DNA from: an uncultured Butyrivibrio sp.
GTDB taxonomy: Bacteria; Bacillota; Clostridia; Lachnospirales; Lachnospiraceae
Direction: 5' to 3'
Assembly: GCA_947167765.1 (NCBI GenBank)
Contig: CAMVJI010000002.1
Location: 494-64,493 of the forward strand
DNA length: 64,000 nt
Part shown: piece after piece, positions 1 to 9,944 of the stretch
Layout of the letters: every line of letters begins with the position of its first letter
Position numbering within the stretch: position 1 is the first letter of the stretch
Notes under the pieces: generated by a model
What the model was told of the DNA's origin: nothing
The model's database searches: none
Seen by the model: only the letters and a program-made list of their open reading frames with translations
Made by a program: the position numbers and the translations under genes

Positions 1-207
1 AACACCAAGGATACTCATGGAGTCGCCAAGATCACCATAGTGAAGGTGGAAGTGTTCCTTGCCCTCAAGATGAGCGATCCTCTCTCTGTAGTCAACGGAG
101 GATCTTCTGATGATACCGTGAACATCATATCCCTTCTCTAAAAGGAACTCAGCAAGATATGATCCGTCCTGTCCGGTAATACCGGTAATAAGTGCTTTTT
201 TAGCCAT
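1..207 (-). CDS. gmd: GDP-mannose 4,6-dehydratase, N-terminal part (runs off the left edge)
   Basis: Manual reverse-strand translation from ATG at 207: [37 protein letters not shown]...HLHYGDLGD, the characteristic Gmd N-terminus. A GGAG RBS lies upstream. Not in the ORF track because it is truncated. Confidence 0.93.
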   Translation of the reverse strand, partial: MAKKALITGITGQDGSYLAEFLLEKGYDVHGIIRRSSVDYRERIAHLEGKEHFHLHYGDLGDSMSILGV

Positions 208-257
208 TTGTGTCTCCTTATATGTGAATCTGTTAGTTCTCTCTTTAGCAAGACTTC

Positions 258-266
258 ATTCTACCA
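258..266 (-). promoter_or_regulatory. Putative extended -10 promoter for gmd
   Basis: The minus strand reads TG-G-TAGAAT in the AT-rich divergent intergenic region, about 50 nt upstream of the gmd start. Confidence 0.5.
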
Positions 267-309
267 TACTTTACTATATATTCATATATTAATGCAATTT
301 TTTTGTTCG

Positions 310-338
310 TTGAAAGACAGGCGCTTTAAGTGTAGAAT
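310..338 (+). promoter_or_regulatory. Putative sigma-A promoter for the first + strand operon
   Basis: TTGAAA (310-315), 17 nt spacer, TAGAAT (333-338). Confidence 0.55.
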
Positions 339-405
339 ATTGAATAGGAATGCGCATTTTTAGGTATCTGATAGGCGCATAATACTTGTTTTAGGGGGTT
401 CCTTC

Positions 406-1344
406 ATGGGACTTTTAAGTGTGATCGTACCCTGCTTTAATGAGCAGGAGAATATTTTTGATTTTTATAATGAGCTCATGAAAAATGAAGAGTTTTTCAA
501 GGGCCAGGGCGTCGACTTTGAGCTATTGTTTATTGATGACGGCTCAACTGACAAGACAGTATCCAATGTAAAAGAACTTATAGCAAAAGATAAGAGGGTT
601 CATCTTATAAGCTTTTCCAGGAACTTTGGAAAAGAAGCTGCCATGTACGCAGGGCTAAATTGTGCCAAGGGAGACTATGTGGCTATCATGGACTGCGACC
701 TTCAGGATCCGCCGGCTCTTCTTCCTGAGATGTACAGGGCTATCGCCCAGGAAGGCTACGATTCAGTTGCCACCAGAAGGGTTAACAGAAAGGGTGAGCC
801 GCCGATCAGGTCGTTCTTTGCAAGAAAGTTCTACAAGCTCATCAATAAGATGACCAAAACTGAGATCGTGGACGGAGCAAGGGACTACAGACTCATGTCC
901 AGAAAGTTTGTAGATGCGATACTTTCGATGAAGGAGTACAATCGTTTTTCAAAGGGAATCTTTGGCTGGGTAGGCTTTAAGAATAAGTGGCTTGAGTTTG
1001 AGAACATAGAGAGAAAGAAGGGAGAGACCAAGTGGTCTTTCTGGAAACTCTTTGCATATGCAATTGATGGTATAATGGCCTTTTCTACTGCGCCTCTTGC
1101 CATCGCTTCGTTCCTTGGACTGTTCTTCTGCGTTGTGGCTTTCATTTTTATAATCCTGATCATTATCAGACAGCAGACAGTTGGAGATCCTCACAACCTG
1201 GTTGGATGGGCATCCATGGCCTGCATCATTTTGTTTGTGAGCGGTGTGCAGCTCTTTTGCGTGGGCGTTGTTGGACAGTATCTGTCCAAGGCCTACCTGG
1301 AAGTAAAACAGCGTCCATTATACATTGTTAAAGAGGAACTGTGA
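406..1344 (+). CDS. GT2 polyprenyl-phosphate glycosyltransferase (GtrB/YkcC/CsbB-like)
   Basis: VIVPCFNE, DDGSTD, SRNFGKEAA and DCDLQDPP motifs, plus two C-terminal TM helices and the RPLYIV ending. Confidence 0.88.
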   Translation: MGLLSVIVPCFNEQENIFDFYNELMKNEEFFKGQGVDFELLFIDDGSTDKTVSNVKELIAKDKRVHLISFSRNFGKEAAMYAGLNCAKGDYVAIMDCDLQDPPALLPEMYRAIAQEGYDSVATRRVNRKGEPPIRSFFARKFYKLINKMTKTEIVDGARDYRLMSRKFVDAILSMKEYNRFSKGIFGWVGFKNKWLEFENIERKKGETKWSFWKLFAYAIDGIMAFSTAPLAIASFLGLFFCVVAFIFIILIIIRQQTVGDPHNLVGWASMACIILFVSGVQLFCVGVVGQYLSKAYLEVKQRPLYIVKEEL

Positions 1345-2090
1345 TGGTAAGTATTGTTGTTCCGGTGTACAATGCTGCAAACTACATAGAGAAAACTATC
1401 AGAATGGTATGTGATCAAACCTACAAGGACTGGGAACTGATCCTTGTGGATGACGCATCATCAGATAACAGCGTTCAGGTTATCGAGGATGTTATAAGCA
1501 CCCAGAAAAAGAGAATAAGACTCATCAAAAAAGATGTTAACGCCGGGGCTGCAGCAGCCAGAAATACTGGCATTGATGCTTCCTCTGGAAGGTTTATCGC
1601 TTTTCTTGATGCTGATGATGTATGGAAAGAGGACAAGCTTGAAAAGCAGGTGGCCTTCATGGAAAAAACTGGTGCTGCATTTGCTTTTCATTCCTATGAA
1701 TTTGGTGATGAAAAGGCAAATCCCACTGGGAAGATCGTACATGTACCTAAGGTGCTCAGGTTCAGGCAGGCTCTTTCAAGAACAGTGATATTCACGTCCA
1801 CAGTGATGTTTGATACTGAAAAGATCGATATGGAGATAATCCATATGCCTCAGGTTCCAAGTGAGGATACAGCCACCTGGTGGCGAATTTTAAAGAGCGG
1901 ATATGAGGCCTATGGTCTTGATGAGAATCTGACCATATACAGGCGGCCAGTAAGATCTCTTTCTTCCAACAAGATGGAGGCAATTTACAGGATATGGTTC
2001 CTTTACAGGAACATAGCTGGTTTATCTGTTCTGGAATCATTATTTTATTTTGGAGGATGGGCTGTCAGAGCAACACTACGAAGACTCTGA
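1344..2090 (+). CDS. GT2 glycosyltransferase (TuaG-like)
   Basis: VSIVVPVYN, VDDASSD, ARNTG, FLDADDVW and ED motifs. The start overlaps the previous stop. Confidence 0.88.
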   Translation: MVSIVVPVYNAANYIEKTIRMVCDQTYKDWELILVDDASSDNSVQVIEDVISTQKKRIRLIKKDVNAGAAAARNTGIDASSGRFIAFLDADDVWKEDKLEKQVAFMEKTGAAFAFHSYEFGDEKANPTGKIVHVPKVLRFRQALSRTVIFTSTVMFDTEKIDMEIIHMPQVPSEDTATWWRILKSGYEAYGLDENLTIYRRPVRSLSSNKMEAIYRIWFLYRNIAGLSVLESLFYFGGWAVRATLRRL

Positions 2091-2105
2091 TACCCAAGGG
2101 AGTGT

Positions 2106-3566
2106 ATGAAACAAAGAGAATCAAAAAAAAGGGTGATGGTACTGCTTCTGGGCTTTTGGGGCCTTTGCATGCAGACCGCTGTATATGCCTGGTTTTGGTT
2201 TAATGTATATTATCCGGTGGTTTCCAGCCCCCGTGTCAGTCAGGACGGATATGCTCTGGGAAATGGACTTAAGCTCTATTTCCGTGGACATCTGCTTATT
2301 CTGGCTATCTATTTCATTCTTCTCTTGTTCTTTTCGAATACCTATGGAGGTCTGAAAATAGGATATCTGCGCCCTATGGATGTGTTCTTTTCGCAGATAT
2401 TTGCCCTTTTCATGGTGAACTTCATCAGCTATTTCCAGATCGCTCTTTTAAACAACTGGTTGGTCAGGGTGGTTCCCATGATCATGATCTTTGTAATCCA
2501 GCTGGTGATAGCTTTTATCTGGGCTTACATAACAAATGGTATTTATATGAAGATCTTTCCGCCAAGAGAGCTTCTTCTTATCAGCGGAAGATATCCGGTA
2601 GATGACATAGAGCGCAAGTTCAACACCAGAAAAGACAAGTACCACATTGCAAAAAAGATGAACATCTCTGAGGGGATTGATGAGATCTACAAGGAGTGTC
2701 TTGGCAGGTATGACGGAGTAGTAGTATGGGATGTGCCAAGTCAGTTCAGGAACGGACTTGTTAAGTTCTGCTATGGCCATAACATTAGAGTTTATGTAAT
2801 GCCAAAGATAACAGATGTTTTGCTTAAGGGCTCTTCACAGCTGCACCTCTTCGATACTCCAGTGCTTCTGCTTAGGGGATACTCCATCAAGATCGAGCAG
2901 AGGGCAGTAAAGAGACTTCTTGATATAGTGTTATCTCTTTTACTTATAGTGATCACATCTCCTATCATGCTGGTAACAGCTATAGCCATTAAAACATACG
3001 ACGGCGGATCTGTCTTGTACAAGCAGGTTAGGTGCACAAGGGATCGCAAGCAGTTCAAGATAATGAAGTTCAGGAGCATGAGAGAGGATGCTGAAAAAGA
3101 CGGCGTTGCAAGACTTGCAGCCAAGAACGACGACAGGATCACTCCAATTGGAAAGGTCATACGATCCTGCAGGATTGATGAGCTTCCTCAGCTCTTTAAC
3201 ATCCTGGCTGGAGATATGTCTTTTATTGGTCCGCGTCCTGAGAGGCCTGAGATCATTGAGCAGTACCTTGAAGAGATGCCAGAGTTTGCCTTCAGAATGA
3301 GGGTGAAAGCTGGACTTGCGGGATACGCCCAGGTTTATGGTAAGTACAATACCACTCCTTACGACAAGTTAAAACTGGATCTTACGTATATAGAGAACTA
3401 TTCTTTCTGGCTTGATATCAAGCTGATGCTGCTTACGGTCAAGATTCTTTTCACTCCTGACAGTACAGAAGGGGTTGAGGAAAATCAGATCACAGCGCAG
3501 AAAAAGATAGATGGGGAGATCGATGGAGCAAAAGAGACTACAGATACTGATATCAGCGGTAAATAA
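2106..3566 (+). CDS. Initiating polyprenyl-phosphate phosphoglycosyl transferase (CpsE/WcaJ-type, large)
   Basis: N-terminal TM helices, then the bacterial sugar-transferase domain: KRLLDI, KFRSM, DELPQLFNIL, GPRPE, DLTYI. Confidence 0.9.
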   Translation: MKQRESKKRVMVLLLGFWGLCMQTAVYAWFWFNVYYPVVSSPRVSQDGYALGNGLKLYFRGHLLILAIYFILLLFFSNTYGGLKIGYLRPMDVFFSQIFALFMVNFISYFQIALLNNWLVRVVPMIMIFVIQLVIAFIWAYITNGIYMKIFPPRELLLISGRYPVDDIERKFNTRKDKYHIAKKMNISEGIDEIYKECLGRYDGVVVWDVPSQFRNGLVKFCYGHNIRVYVMPKITDVLLKGSSQLHLFDTPVLLLRGYSIKIEQRAVKRLLDIVLSLLLIVITSPIMLVTAIAIKTYDGGSVLYKQVRCTRDRKQFKIMKFRSMREDAEKDGVARLAAKNDDRITPIGKVIRSCRIDELPQLFNILAGDMSFIGPRPERPEIIEQYLEEMPEFAFRMRVKAGLAGYAQVYGKYNTTPYDKLKLDLTYIENYSFWLDIKLMLLTVKILFTPDSTEGVEENQITAQKKIDGEIDGAKETTDTDISGK

Positions 3567-4347
3567 GGATCCGGAAGAGCTCATCGGCTCAATGAACCTT
3601 GATTGTGATGCGGTCATAGTCAACCAGATCATAGATGACAGTGATGGCGAGGCTAAAAAAGATGATAACAATGACTACATCAAGCCTTTTGACGACTATG
3701 AAGCCAGGATTATCGTAAGAAGGGAAAAGGGCGTTGGACTATCCAGAAATACTGCCCTTGAAGCTTCTGATCACGAGCTTATCCAGTTTGGCGATGATGA
3801 TATTGTCTATGACGATGGATATGCTTCTAAAGTCATAGCTGAGTTTGACGCCCATCCAGAGGCAGACATGCTTCTTTTTAATGTCAAGGCCCAGGAGGGA
3901 AGAGAGACCTATTGGAACCAGGATTTTGCCAGGGTTAACTGGCGTAATTATGGAAGATATCCTGCCTACGCCATCTGTGCAAGAAGGAACAAGCTCGTAG
4001 GAAGCGGTGTTAAGTATTCTCTCCTTTTTGGAGGCGGAGCGCCATATATGAACGGAGAGGATTCTCTGTTTTTACACGACTGCCTCAAGGCGGGACTTAA
4101 TATCTACAGGACTACTGTGGCCATTGGAAAAGAAAAGCAGGGTCAGTCCACCTGGTTTAATGGGTTTACTGACAAGTTCTTCTTTGACAGAGGTGTACTG
4201 TACCACTTTTTATATGGCAAAATGGCTGTAATACTGGGATTTCGATATCTTTTCAAGAACCGGGAAGAGATGTGCAGCGAAAAAGGACTGCTTAAGTGCT
4301 TCAGGCTCCTGACAGACGGGGTTAAGCACGGGAGTACTATTTCATGA
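3523..4347 (+). CDS. GT-A/GT2 family glycosyltransferase
   Basis: GVGLSRN, FGDDDI and GEDSLF motifs. Start moved to ATG 3523 after a GGGGAG RBS. Confidence 0.78.
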   Translation: MEQKRLQILISAVNKDPEELIGSMNLDCDAVIVNQIIDDSDGEAKKDDNNDYIKPFDDYEARIIVRREKGVGLSRNTALEASDHELIQFGDDDIVYDDGYASKVIAEFDAHPEADMLLFNVKAQEGRETYWNQDFARVNWRNYGRYPAYAICARRNKLVGSGVKYSLLFGGGAPYMNGEDSLFLHDCLKAGLNIYRTTVAIGKEKQGQSTWFNGFTDKFFFDRGVLYHFLYGKMAVILGFRYLFKNREEMCSEKGLLKCFRLLTDGVKHGSTIS

Positions 4348-5219
4348 AAAAGACTTTTTTTACGATCGTTATAGTTTCATACAATGCTGGGGATAAGCTC
4401 CTTAAGACGGTGGAGAGTGTTGTAAGGCAGACCTACACTGATTACAAGATCCTTGTTAAGGATGGAATGTCTACAGACGGGTCTATCGAGAGGCTTAAAA
4501 AAGCTTATCAGGTCGGAAGCATCGACTCGGAGGAAGAATGCAGGATAACTCTTCTTGAAAGCTGCGACAATGGTATCTACCACGCCATGAATATCGCCAC
4601 CTCTCATCTTGAGGGCAGGGTCAAGGCTGGAGAGAATCCATCTTACGTGTTCTTCTTAAACTGTGGTGACTATTTGGGGAATGAGAATGTTTTAAGAGAT
4701 GTCCACAAGCTGATCCTGGACAGGAATCTCAAGGAAGGAACCACCCTTCCTACGATTTTTTACGGCGATATTTACGACAGGTCAGCAGGGGCAAGAGTTG
4801 CTTCTAATCCAAGGATTGATGACTATGCCTGTTACAGGAATGTGCCTTCTCACCAGGCCTGTTTTTACGACGAGAGGCTCATATACAGAAATCCCTTTGA
4901 TCTTAAGTACAAGGTAAGAGCAGACTATGAGCAGTTTCTTAGGTGCTATTACAGGGAAAAGGCTGAGACAGTTTATATGCCGGTTCTGATAGCTGACTAT
5001 GAGGGCGGCGGATACTCGGCTCAGAACCTGAAGATATCTGAAAAGGAGCGAAGGGAGATCATCCAGATGTATTTAACCAGCTCCCAAATCCGTAAATACG
5101 ATATTCTGCGTGTGCTGACACTGTCAAAGCTTCGTACAGCTCTTTCTTCAAACAAGCTGACAGCGGGACTTTACAATTCGGTAAAAGAGCTTATCTATCT
5201 TTTGAGACGAAAACGCTAA
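4344..5219 (+). CDS. GT2 glycosyltransferase (WcaE-like)
   Basis: IVIVSYNA, DGMSTDGS, DNGIYHAMN, FLNCGD, HQACFY and ADYE motifs. Confidence 0.87.
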   Translation: MKKTFFTIVIVSYNAGDKLLKTVESVVRQTYTDYKILVKDGMSTDGSIERLKKAYQVGSIDSEEECRITLLESCDNGIYHAMNIATSHLEGRVKAGENPSYVFFLNCGDYLGNENVLRDVHKLILDRNLKEGTTLPTIFYGDIYDRSAGARVASNPRIDDYACYRNVPSHQACFYDERLIYRNPFDLKYKVRADYEQFLRCYYREKAETVYMPVLIADYEGGGYSAQNLKISEKERREIIQMYLTSSQIRKYDILRVLTLSKLRTALSSNKLTAGLYNSVKELIYLLRRKR

Positions 5220-5235
5220 ATAAGGGGTAGCTAAA

Positions 5236-6519
5236 TTGAGAGTTCTTTGGGTATGTAATATCATGCTTCCGGCTTATGCCATAGCACACAACATGGATTA
5301 TTCCAGCAGGGAGGGGTGGCTGTCCGGATGTCTTAACAGAATAGCTGAAGGGAAAAAGGGCGATGAAAAGATCGACCTTGGAATATGCTTTCCTTCCTAT
5401 GGCGCTATTTCCAGCTCCAGTGAAGTGATAGACGAAATTACATATTATGGTTTCAGGGAGGACTTGAATCACCCCGAGGTATATGACGGAACTGTGGAAA
5501 ACAGGTTCCATGTGATCCTGGATGATTTTAAACCTGATATTGTGCATATTTTTGGCACGGAGTTTCCACATACCCTGGCTGTCATCAGGGCTTTTGGAAG
5601 ACCTGAGAGAGTTCTTCTTGGAATCCAGGGAGTCTGCAGCGCCATTGCCAGGGAGTATATGGCTGAAATTCCAGAGGAAGTTCAGGCATCTACAACCTTT
5701 AGGGACAGACTTAAGGAAGATTCTTTAAAACAGCAGCAGGAGAAGTTCAAGGTAAGGGCTGAGTATGAGAGAGAATCCATCATGCTCACAGGAAATATCA
5801 CAGGAAGGACTGCCTTTGACAAAAAAGAGACTTCTGACATAAATCCTGATGCAAGATATTTTGAGATGAATGAGACCATGCGCCCCTGCTTTTACATGGG
5901 CAAGTGGAGTGAGAAAAAGGCCCAGCCCCACAGTATCTTTTTATCCCAGGGAGATTATCCCCTTAAGGGATTTCATTTTATGCTTCAGGCTATGCCAATA
6001 CTACTGGAAAAATATCCTGATGCACATCTATATGTGGCAGGCAATAACATTATTGGAAAGGGTAAGAGCAAGTACCCATATTTCCTGCGGGCCAGCGCCT
6101 ATGGCAAGTATTTAAAGAGCCTTATTGGTAAGAACAAATTAAAGAAAAAAGTGACCATGCTCGGCATTTTGGATGAACAGGCCATGAAGGAACAGTTTTT
6201 AAAGAGCAGCGTCTTTGTCTGCCCTTCAATTGTTGAGAACTCTCCTAATTCCCTTGGAGAGGCGATGCTCCTTGGTGTTCCTATAGTTGCTTCAAATGCT
6301 GGAGGGATACCCAGTATGCTAACAGAAAATAAGGATGGTCTTCTTTTTGAAAAGGGAAATCCACAAGACCTGGCAGGAAAGATCCTTCAGATCTGGGATG
6401 AGCCAGTGATCGCGGCAGTTTACGGAGACAATTCCAGCAGCCACGCAAGGCTGACCCATAATCCAGATGCCAACTACAAGAGGCTTTTGGAAATATATAA
6501 CGAGATCATCAAAGAGTAA
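5236..6519 (+). CDS. GT4 (GT-B) glycosyltransferase
   Basis: TTG start with AGGGG RBS. C-terminal ENSPNSLGEAMLLGVPIVASNAGG (EX7E) motif. Confidence 0.85.
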   Translation: MRVLWVCNIMLPAYAIAHNMDYSSREGWLSGCLNRIAEGKKGDEKIDLGICFPSYGAISSSSEVIDEITYYGFREDLNHPEVYDGTVENRFHVILDDFKPDIVHIFGTEFPHTLAVIRAFGRPERVLLGIQGVCSAIAREYMAEIPEEVQASTTFRDRLKEDSLKQQQEKFKVRAEYERESIMLTGNITGRTAFDKKETSDINPDARYFEMNETMRPCFYMGKWSEKKAQPHSIFLSQGDYPLKGFHFMLQAMPILLEKYPDAHLYVAGNNIIGKGKSKYPYFLRASAYGKYLKSLIGKNKLKKKVTMLGILDEQAMKEQFLKSSVFVCPSIVENSPNSLGEAMLLGVPIVASNAGGIPSMLTENKDGLLFEKGNPQDLAGKILQIWDEPVIAAVYGDNSSSHARLTHNPDANYKRLLEIYNEIIKE

Positions 6520-6525
6520 AGGGGC

Positions 6526-7725
6526 TTGGACATGCAGATAACCTTTGTGTCCAACTACATAAATCACCACCAGCTTCCTTTCTGCAGGGCAATGCTTGAG
6601 GCGGGAGAGGATATCGATTTTCACTTCGTCCAGACTATGCCTATGGAAGAGAAGAGAGTAAACATGGGCTGGGCTGTGGATGAGAAAGCTCTTGATTTTG
6701 TGGTGCGTTCCTATGAGGAAAAAGAAAAGGCACAGCGCCTTATACTAGATAGCGATGTTGTACTTTTTGGATGGACAGAAGGTGAGACAGAGCAGATTGA
6801 GAAAAAGAGATTGTCCTCCGGAAAGCTGTCCTTTAGAGTAAGCGAAAGGCTCTACAGGGAAGGCCAATGGAAGTTTATAAGTCCTAAGGGCCTTAAAAGT
6901 AAGTACCATCAGCATTTTGTCTACAGGGATAAGCCTGTTTATCTTCTGTGTACTGGAGCCTACGTGGCTTCAGATTTTGAACTTATAAAGAGCTATCCTG
7001 GAAAGCGCCTTAAGTGGGGATATTTCCCAAGCGTAAGCTGCAGGATTGAGGAAAAAGAGCTTTCGGATACAGATAAGATAAGGATCCTTTGGGCCGGAAG
7101 ACTCATAAACCTTAAGCATCCTGAATACGCCATAGAAGCAGCTAAAGCTCTGAAAGAAAAAGGAATAAACTTCACCCTTGATATAATCGGGGATGGCCCA
7201 ATGAAAGAGGAGCTTGAAAGAAGCGTAAAGGCTCTTGGGCTTGAAGATCTTGTCAGCCTTAAAGGGGTAATGAAACCTGATAAAGTTCATGAGGCAATGG
7301 CTAAAAGCAATGTGTTCCTGTTTACCAGTAACTACCTAGAAGGGTGGGGAGCTGTTGTAAATGAGGCCATGCAGTGTGGATGTGCTGTGGTGGCTTCTAA
7401 GGAGGCAGGAGCAGTGCCTTATCTTATTGAAGATGGCGTAAACGGCCTGACTTTTGAAGGTGGAAGCCTTAATGAGTTTAAAAGAAAAGTAACTGACCTT
7501 TCCTGTGACAGGCATAGGATCGTAAGCCTTGGAATAAAGGCCAGGGTAACTATAAATAACAAGTGGAACGCTAAAAATGCAGCAACTGAGCTGATCAGAT
7601 TCTGCAAAGAATATTATAGAAATGGAAATCCATCTCCTTCTGAGGATGGTCCTATGAGCAGGGCTGAAGTGATCAAAGCCCCGGGATTTTTAAGGACTCT
7701 TAAGGAGAAGAATCATCTGGAGTAA
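6526..7725 (+). CDS. GT4 glycosyltransferase
   Basis: WAGRLINLKH, IIGDGP and EGWGAVVNEAMQCG (EX7E) motifs. Confidence 0.85.
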   Translation: MDMQITFVSNYINHHQLPFCRAMLEAGEDIDFHFVQTMPMEEKRVNMGWAVDEKALDFVVRSYEEKEKAQRLILDSDVVLFGWTEGETEQIEKKRLSSGKLSFRVSERLYREGQWKFISPKGLKSKYHQHFVYRDKPVYLLCTGAYVASDFELIKSYPGKRLKWGYFPSVSCRIEEKELSDTDKIRILWAGRLINLKHPEYAIEAAKALKEKGINFTLDIIGDGPMKEELERSVKALGLEDLVSLKGVMKPDKVHEAMAKSNVFLFTSNYLEGWGAVVNEAMQCGCAVVASKEAGAVPYLIEDGVNGLTFEGGSLNEFKRKVTDLSCDRHRIVSLGIKARVTINNKWNAKNAATELIRFCKEYYRNGNPSPSEDGPMSRAEVIKAPGFLRTLKEKNHLE

Positions 7726-7726
7726 G

Positions 7727-8944
7727 ATGCGGACTATTGATGATTTTTTTGACACTGAAATATCGGTATCTGGAGTGAAGATACGAATGCTGGACCTGTT
7801 TTTTGGCACTGTGATGCTGGGGCTTGGTATTGCAGTTCGGCTTTCGCTCTTTGACTTTGAATCGGGGGATTATTCTTTTTTTCTTGCTACATGGATGAAA
7901 GAGTGCCACGAGGCTGGGGGCTTTCCTTATCTTGGAATAACCCCGGGAATCTCTGATAAAAGCACCATAAACTATGGTTGCATGTACCAGTATATAATTG
8001 TTCTTCTTCACTACATAGGTGGAAATGATCTGCATATGCTAAAGACCGTTTCAGTGATATTTGACATGGTATGTGCATTTGCAATTTTAAGGATAGCCTT
8101 CCTTGTTACAAATGGTAATGTACAAAAATCCCTGATGGCCTTTGGGGCTGTGATGTTTCTTCCTACCTGCGTCTTAAACAGTGGCGCCTGGGCTCAGTGT
8201 GATTCTGTGTATACTGCCTTTGCACTGCTGGCTCTATATCACCTTATGAAGGAGCATAACGCAAGATTTTTTATTTATCTTGCTATATCCTACAGTTTTA
8301 AACAACAGGCGATATTTATTATTCCTTTTGCTATAATTATGTGGCTTAAAGGGAAAGTTAAAATACGATATATTTTTCTTTTCCCCGTGATCTTCCTTGT
8401 GACGCTGGTACCTGCCCTGGTGGCTGGAAGAGATTTTAATGAACTTATATCCATATATTTAAAACAGGTAGCAACCTATTCAAGGCTTAGTATGAACTAT
8501 CCCAATATATATTGCTTTGTGGCGGAAGCTTTGTCTGAACAGTCAAGGCTTATGCTGATCTCCTGCGGAACAGTCTGCTGCATACTTCTTTTAGGATTAT
8601 TGGCATACTACGTAAGAGATAAGGCTTTTGATCTGAGTATCTTATACATGGTCACTTTGGCTGTGTTTACAGTGCTTCTATGCCTCTATGCACTTCCTGT
8701 AATGCATGAGAGATATGGCTATATTGCAGAGCTTCTTTTGGTGGCCTATGGGATAACCTCATATAAACGCATGGGGATATGTGCTGTGGTCCAGGCTGTA
8801 TCAGTGATCACTTATTCAAGATTCCTTTTTGGTTCAACAGTGACAGCCCTGTGGCCTCTTGCCTTTATCAATCTGGCTGTCATTCTGGTCATTGGATATG
8901 ACCTTTATACTCAAATGAAAAAAGCGGAGGTGCAAAGTGGCTGA
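7727..8944 (+). CDS. Polytopic membrane GT-C-fold glycosyltransferase (GT87/Gpi18-like mannosyltransferase-like)
   Basis: About 10 TM segments, with SGDY near the N-terminus and NSGAWAQCDS, KQQA and MHERY motifs. Confidence 0.7.
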   Translation: MRTIDDFFDTEISVSGVKIRMLDLFFGTVMLGLGIAVRLSLFDFESGDYSFFLATWMKECHEAGGFPYLGITPGISDKSTINYGCMYQYIIVLLHYIGGNDLHMLKTVSVIFDMVCAFAILRIAFLVTNGNVQKSLMAFGAVMFLPTCVLNSGAWAQCDSVYTAFALLALYHLMKEHNARFFIYLAISYSFKQQAIFIIPFAIIMWLKGKVKIRYIFLFPVIFLVTLVPALVAGRDFNELISIYLKQVATYSRLSMNYPNIYCFVAEALSEQSRLMLISCGTVCCILLLGLLAYYVRDKAFDLSILYMVTLAVFTVLLCLYALPVMHERYGYIAELLLVAYGITSYKRMGICAVVQAVSVITYSRFLFGSTVTALWPLAFINLAVILVIGYDLYTQMKKAEVQSG

Positions 8945-9944
8945 TCATAATAAGACAATATCGGTTATCATCCCGGCTTTTAACATTGAGGACCTGCTTC
9001 CAAAGTGTGTTACCTCAGTAGCTTCCCAGGACTATCCGAAATCTCTTTTGCAGATAATAGTTGTAGATGACGGGTCCACTGATAAAACGGGAGCTGTAGC
9101 TGATAAGCTGTCAGCTCTATATGAGAACGTAGAGGTCATCCACAAGGAAAATGGTGGTTCCAGCAGTGCAAGAAATGCTGGACTTTTGGCAGCAACAGGT
9201 GAGTATGTCGGCTTTGTGGACAGCGATGACTATATTTCGCCAGAGATGTATGGCCTTCTCATGGACGCAGCCCTTCGAAATGATGCAGATATGGTGCAGA
9301 TTTCCAGGGATGAGATTTCTGAGAATGGTGACAGGCTACCTGATGTGGTAATTCCGCCAGAAAAAGAGATGGTGGTTTCTCCAAAAGAGCACCTTAGAAC
9401 TCTTTTGATGCATACAGGAGATGCATCCTTTTGTACCAAGCTTACGAAGAGAAGTCTCTTTTCAGAGGATATGAAGTTCCCTGAAGGAGAGCTCAATGAA
9501 GACTTCTATCTTATGATACATATGCTCCAGAAGGTAAATAAGCTAGTCATTCTTCCAGATCAGTGCTATCACGTGTTTTACAGGACCGGAAGTAACTCCA
9601 GGAAAAAGAAAGAAGATAAGGATTATTTCCCATCTGTATTTACAGATATTGTAAGAAATTCAGATGTGGCCCTTGAGCTTGTGAAAAGAAATAGCCCAGA
9701 TCTGTTAGAAGTTGCTGAGAGATTTGGGTTTGTGCAAAGACTGGATTATCTTTTGCATATACCAACTTCAAAAATGAAAAGTGACAATCTCTTTTACAGA
9801 GAGGTTGTGAAAAATATCAGAAAAAACCGGGGAAAGATCTTAAGTAATCACTACCTGACAGGTAAGCAGAAGGCTTATCTTATGATCTTGTCTGTAGCTC
9901 CGGGGTTTGTCAGGAAGACTCATGCCAGGATCAAAGGATTATAA
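8937..9944 (+). CDS. GT2 glycosyltransferase
   Basis: GTG start with GGAGG RBS. ISVIIPAFN, VDDGSTD, ARNAG, FVDSDD and NED motifs. Confidence 0.88.
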   Translation: MADHNKTISVIIPAFNIEDLLPKCVTSVASQDYPKSLLQIIVVDDGSTDKTGAVADKLSALYENVEVIHKENGGSSSARNAGLLAATGEYVGFVDSDDYISPEMYGLLMDAALRNDADMVQISRDEISENGDRLPDVVIPPEKEMVVSPKEHLRTLLMHTGDASFCTKLTKRSLFSEDMKFPEGELNEDFYLMIHMLQKVNKLVILPDQCYHVFYRTGSNSRKKKEDKDYFPSVFTDIVRNSDVALELVKRNSPDLLEVAERFGFVQRLDYLLHIPTSKMKSDNLFYREVVKNIRKNRGKILSNHYLTGKQKAYLMILSVAPGFVRKTHARIKGL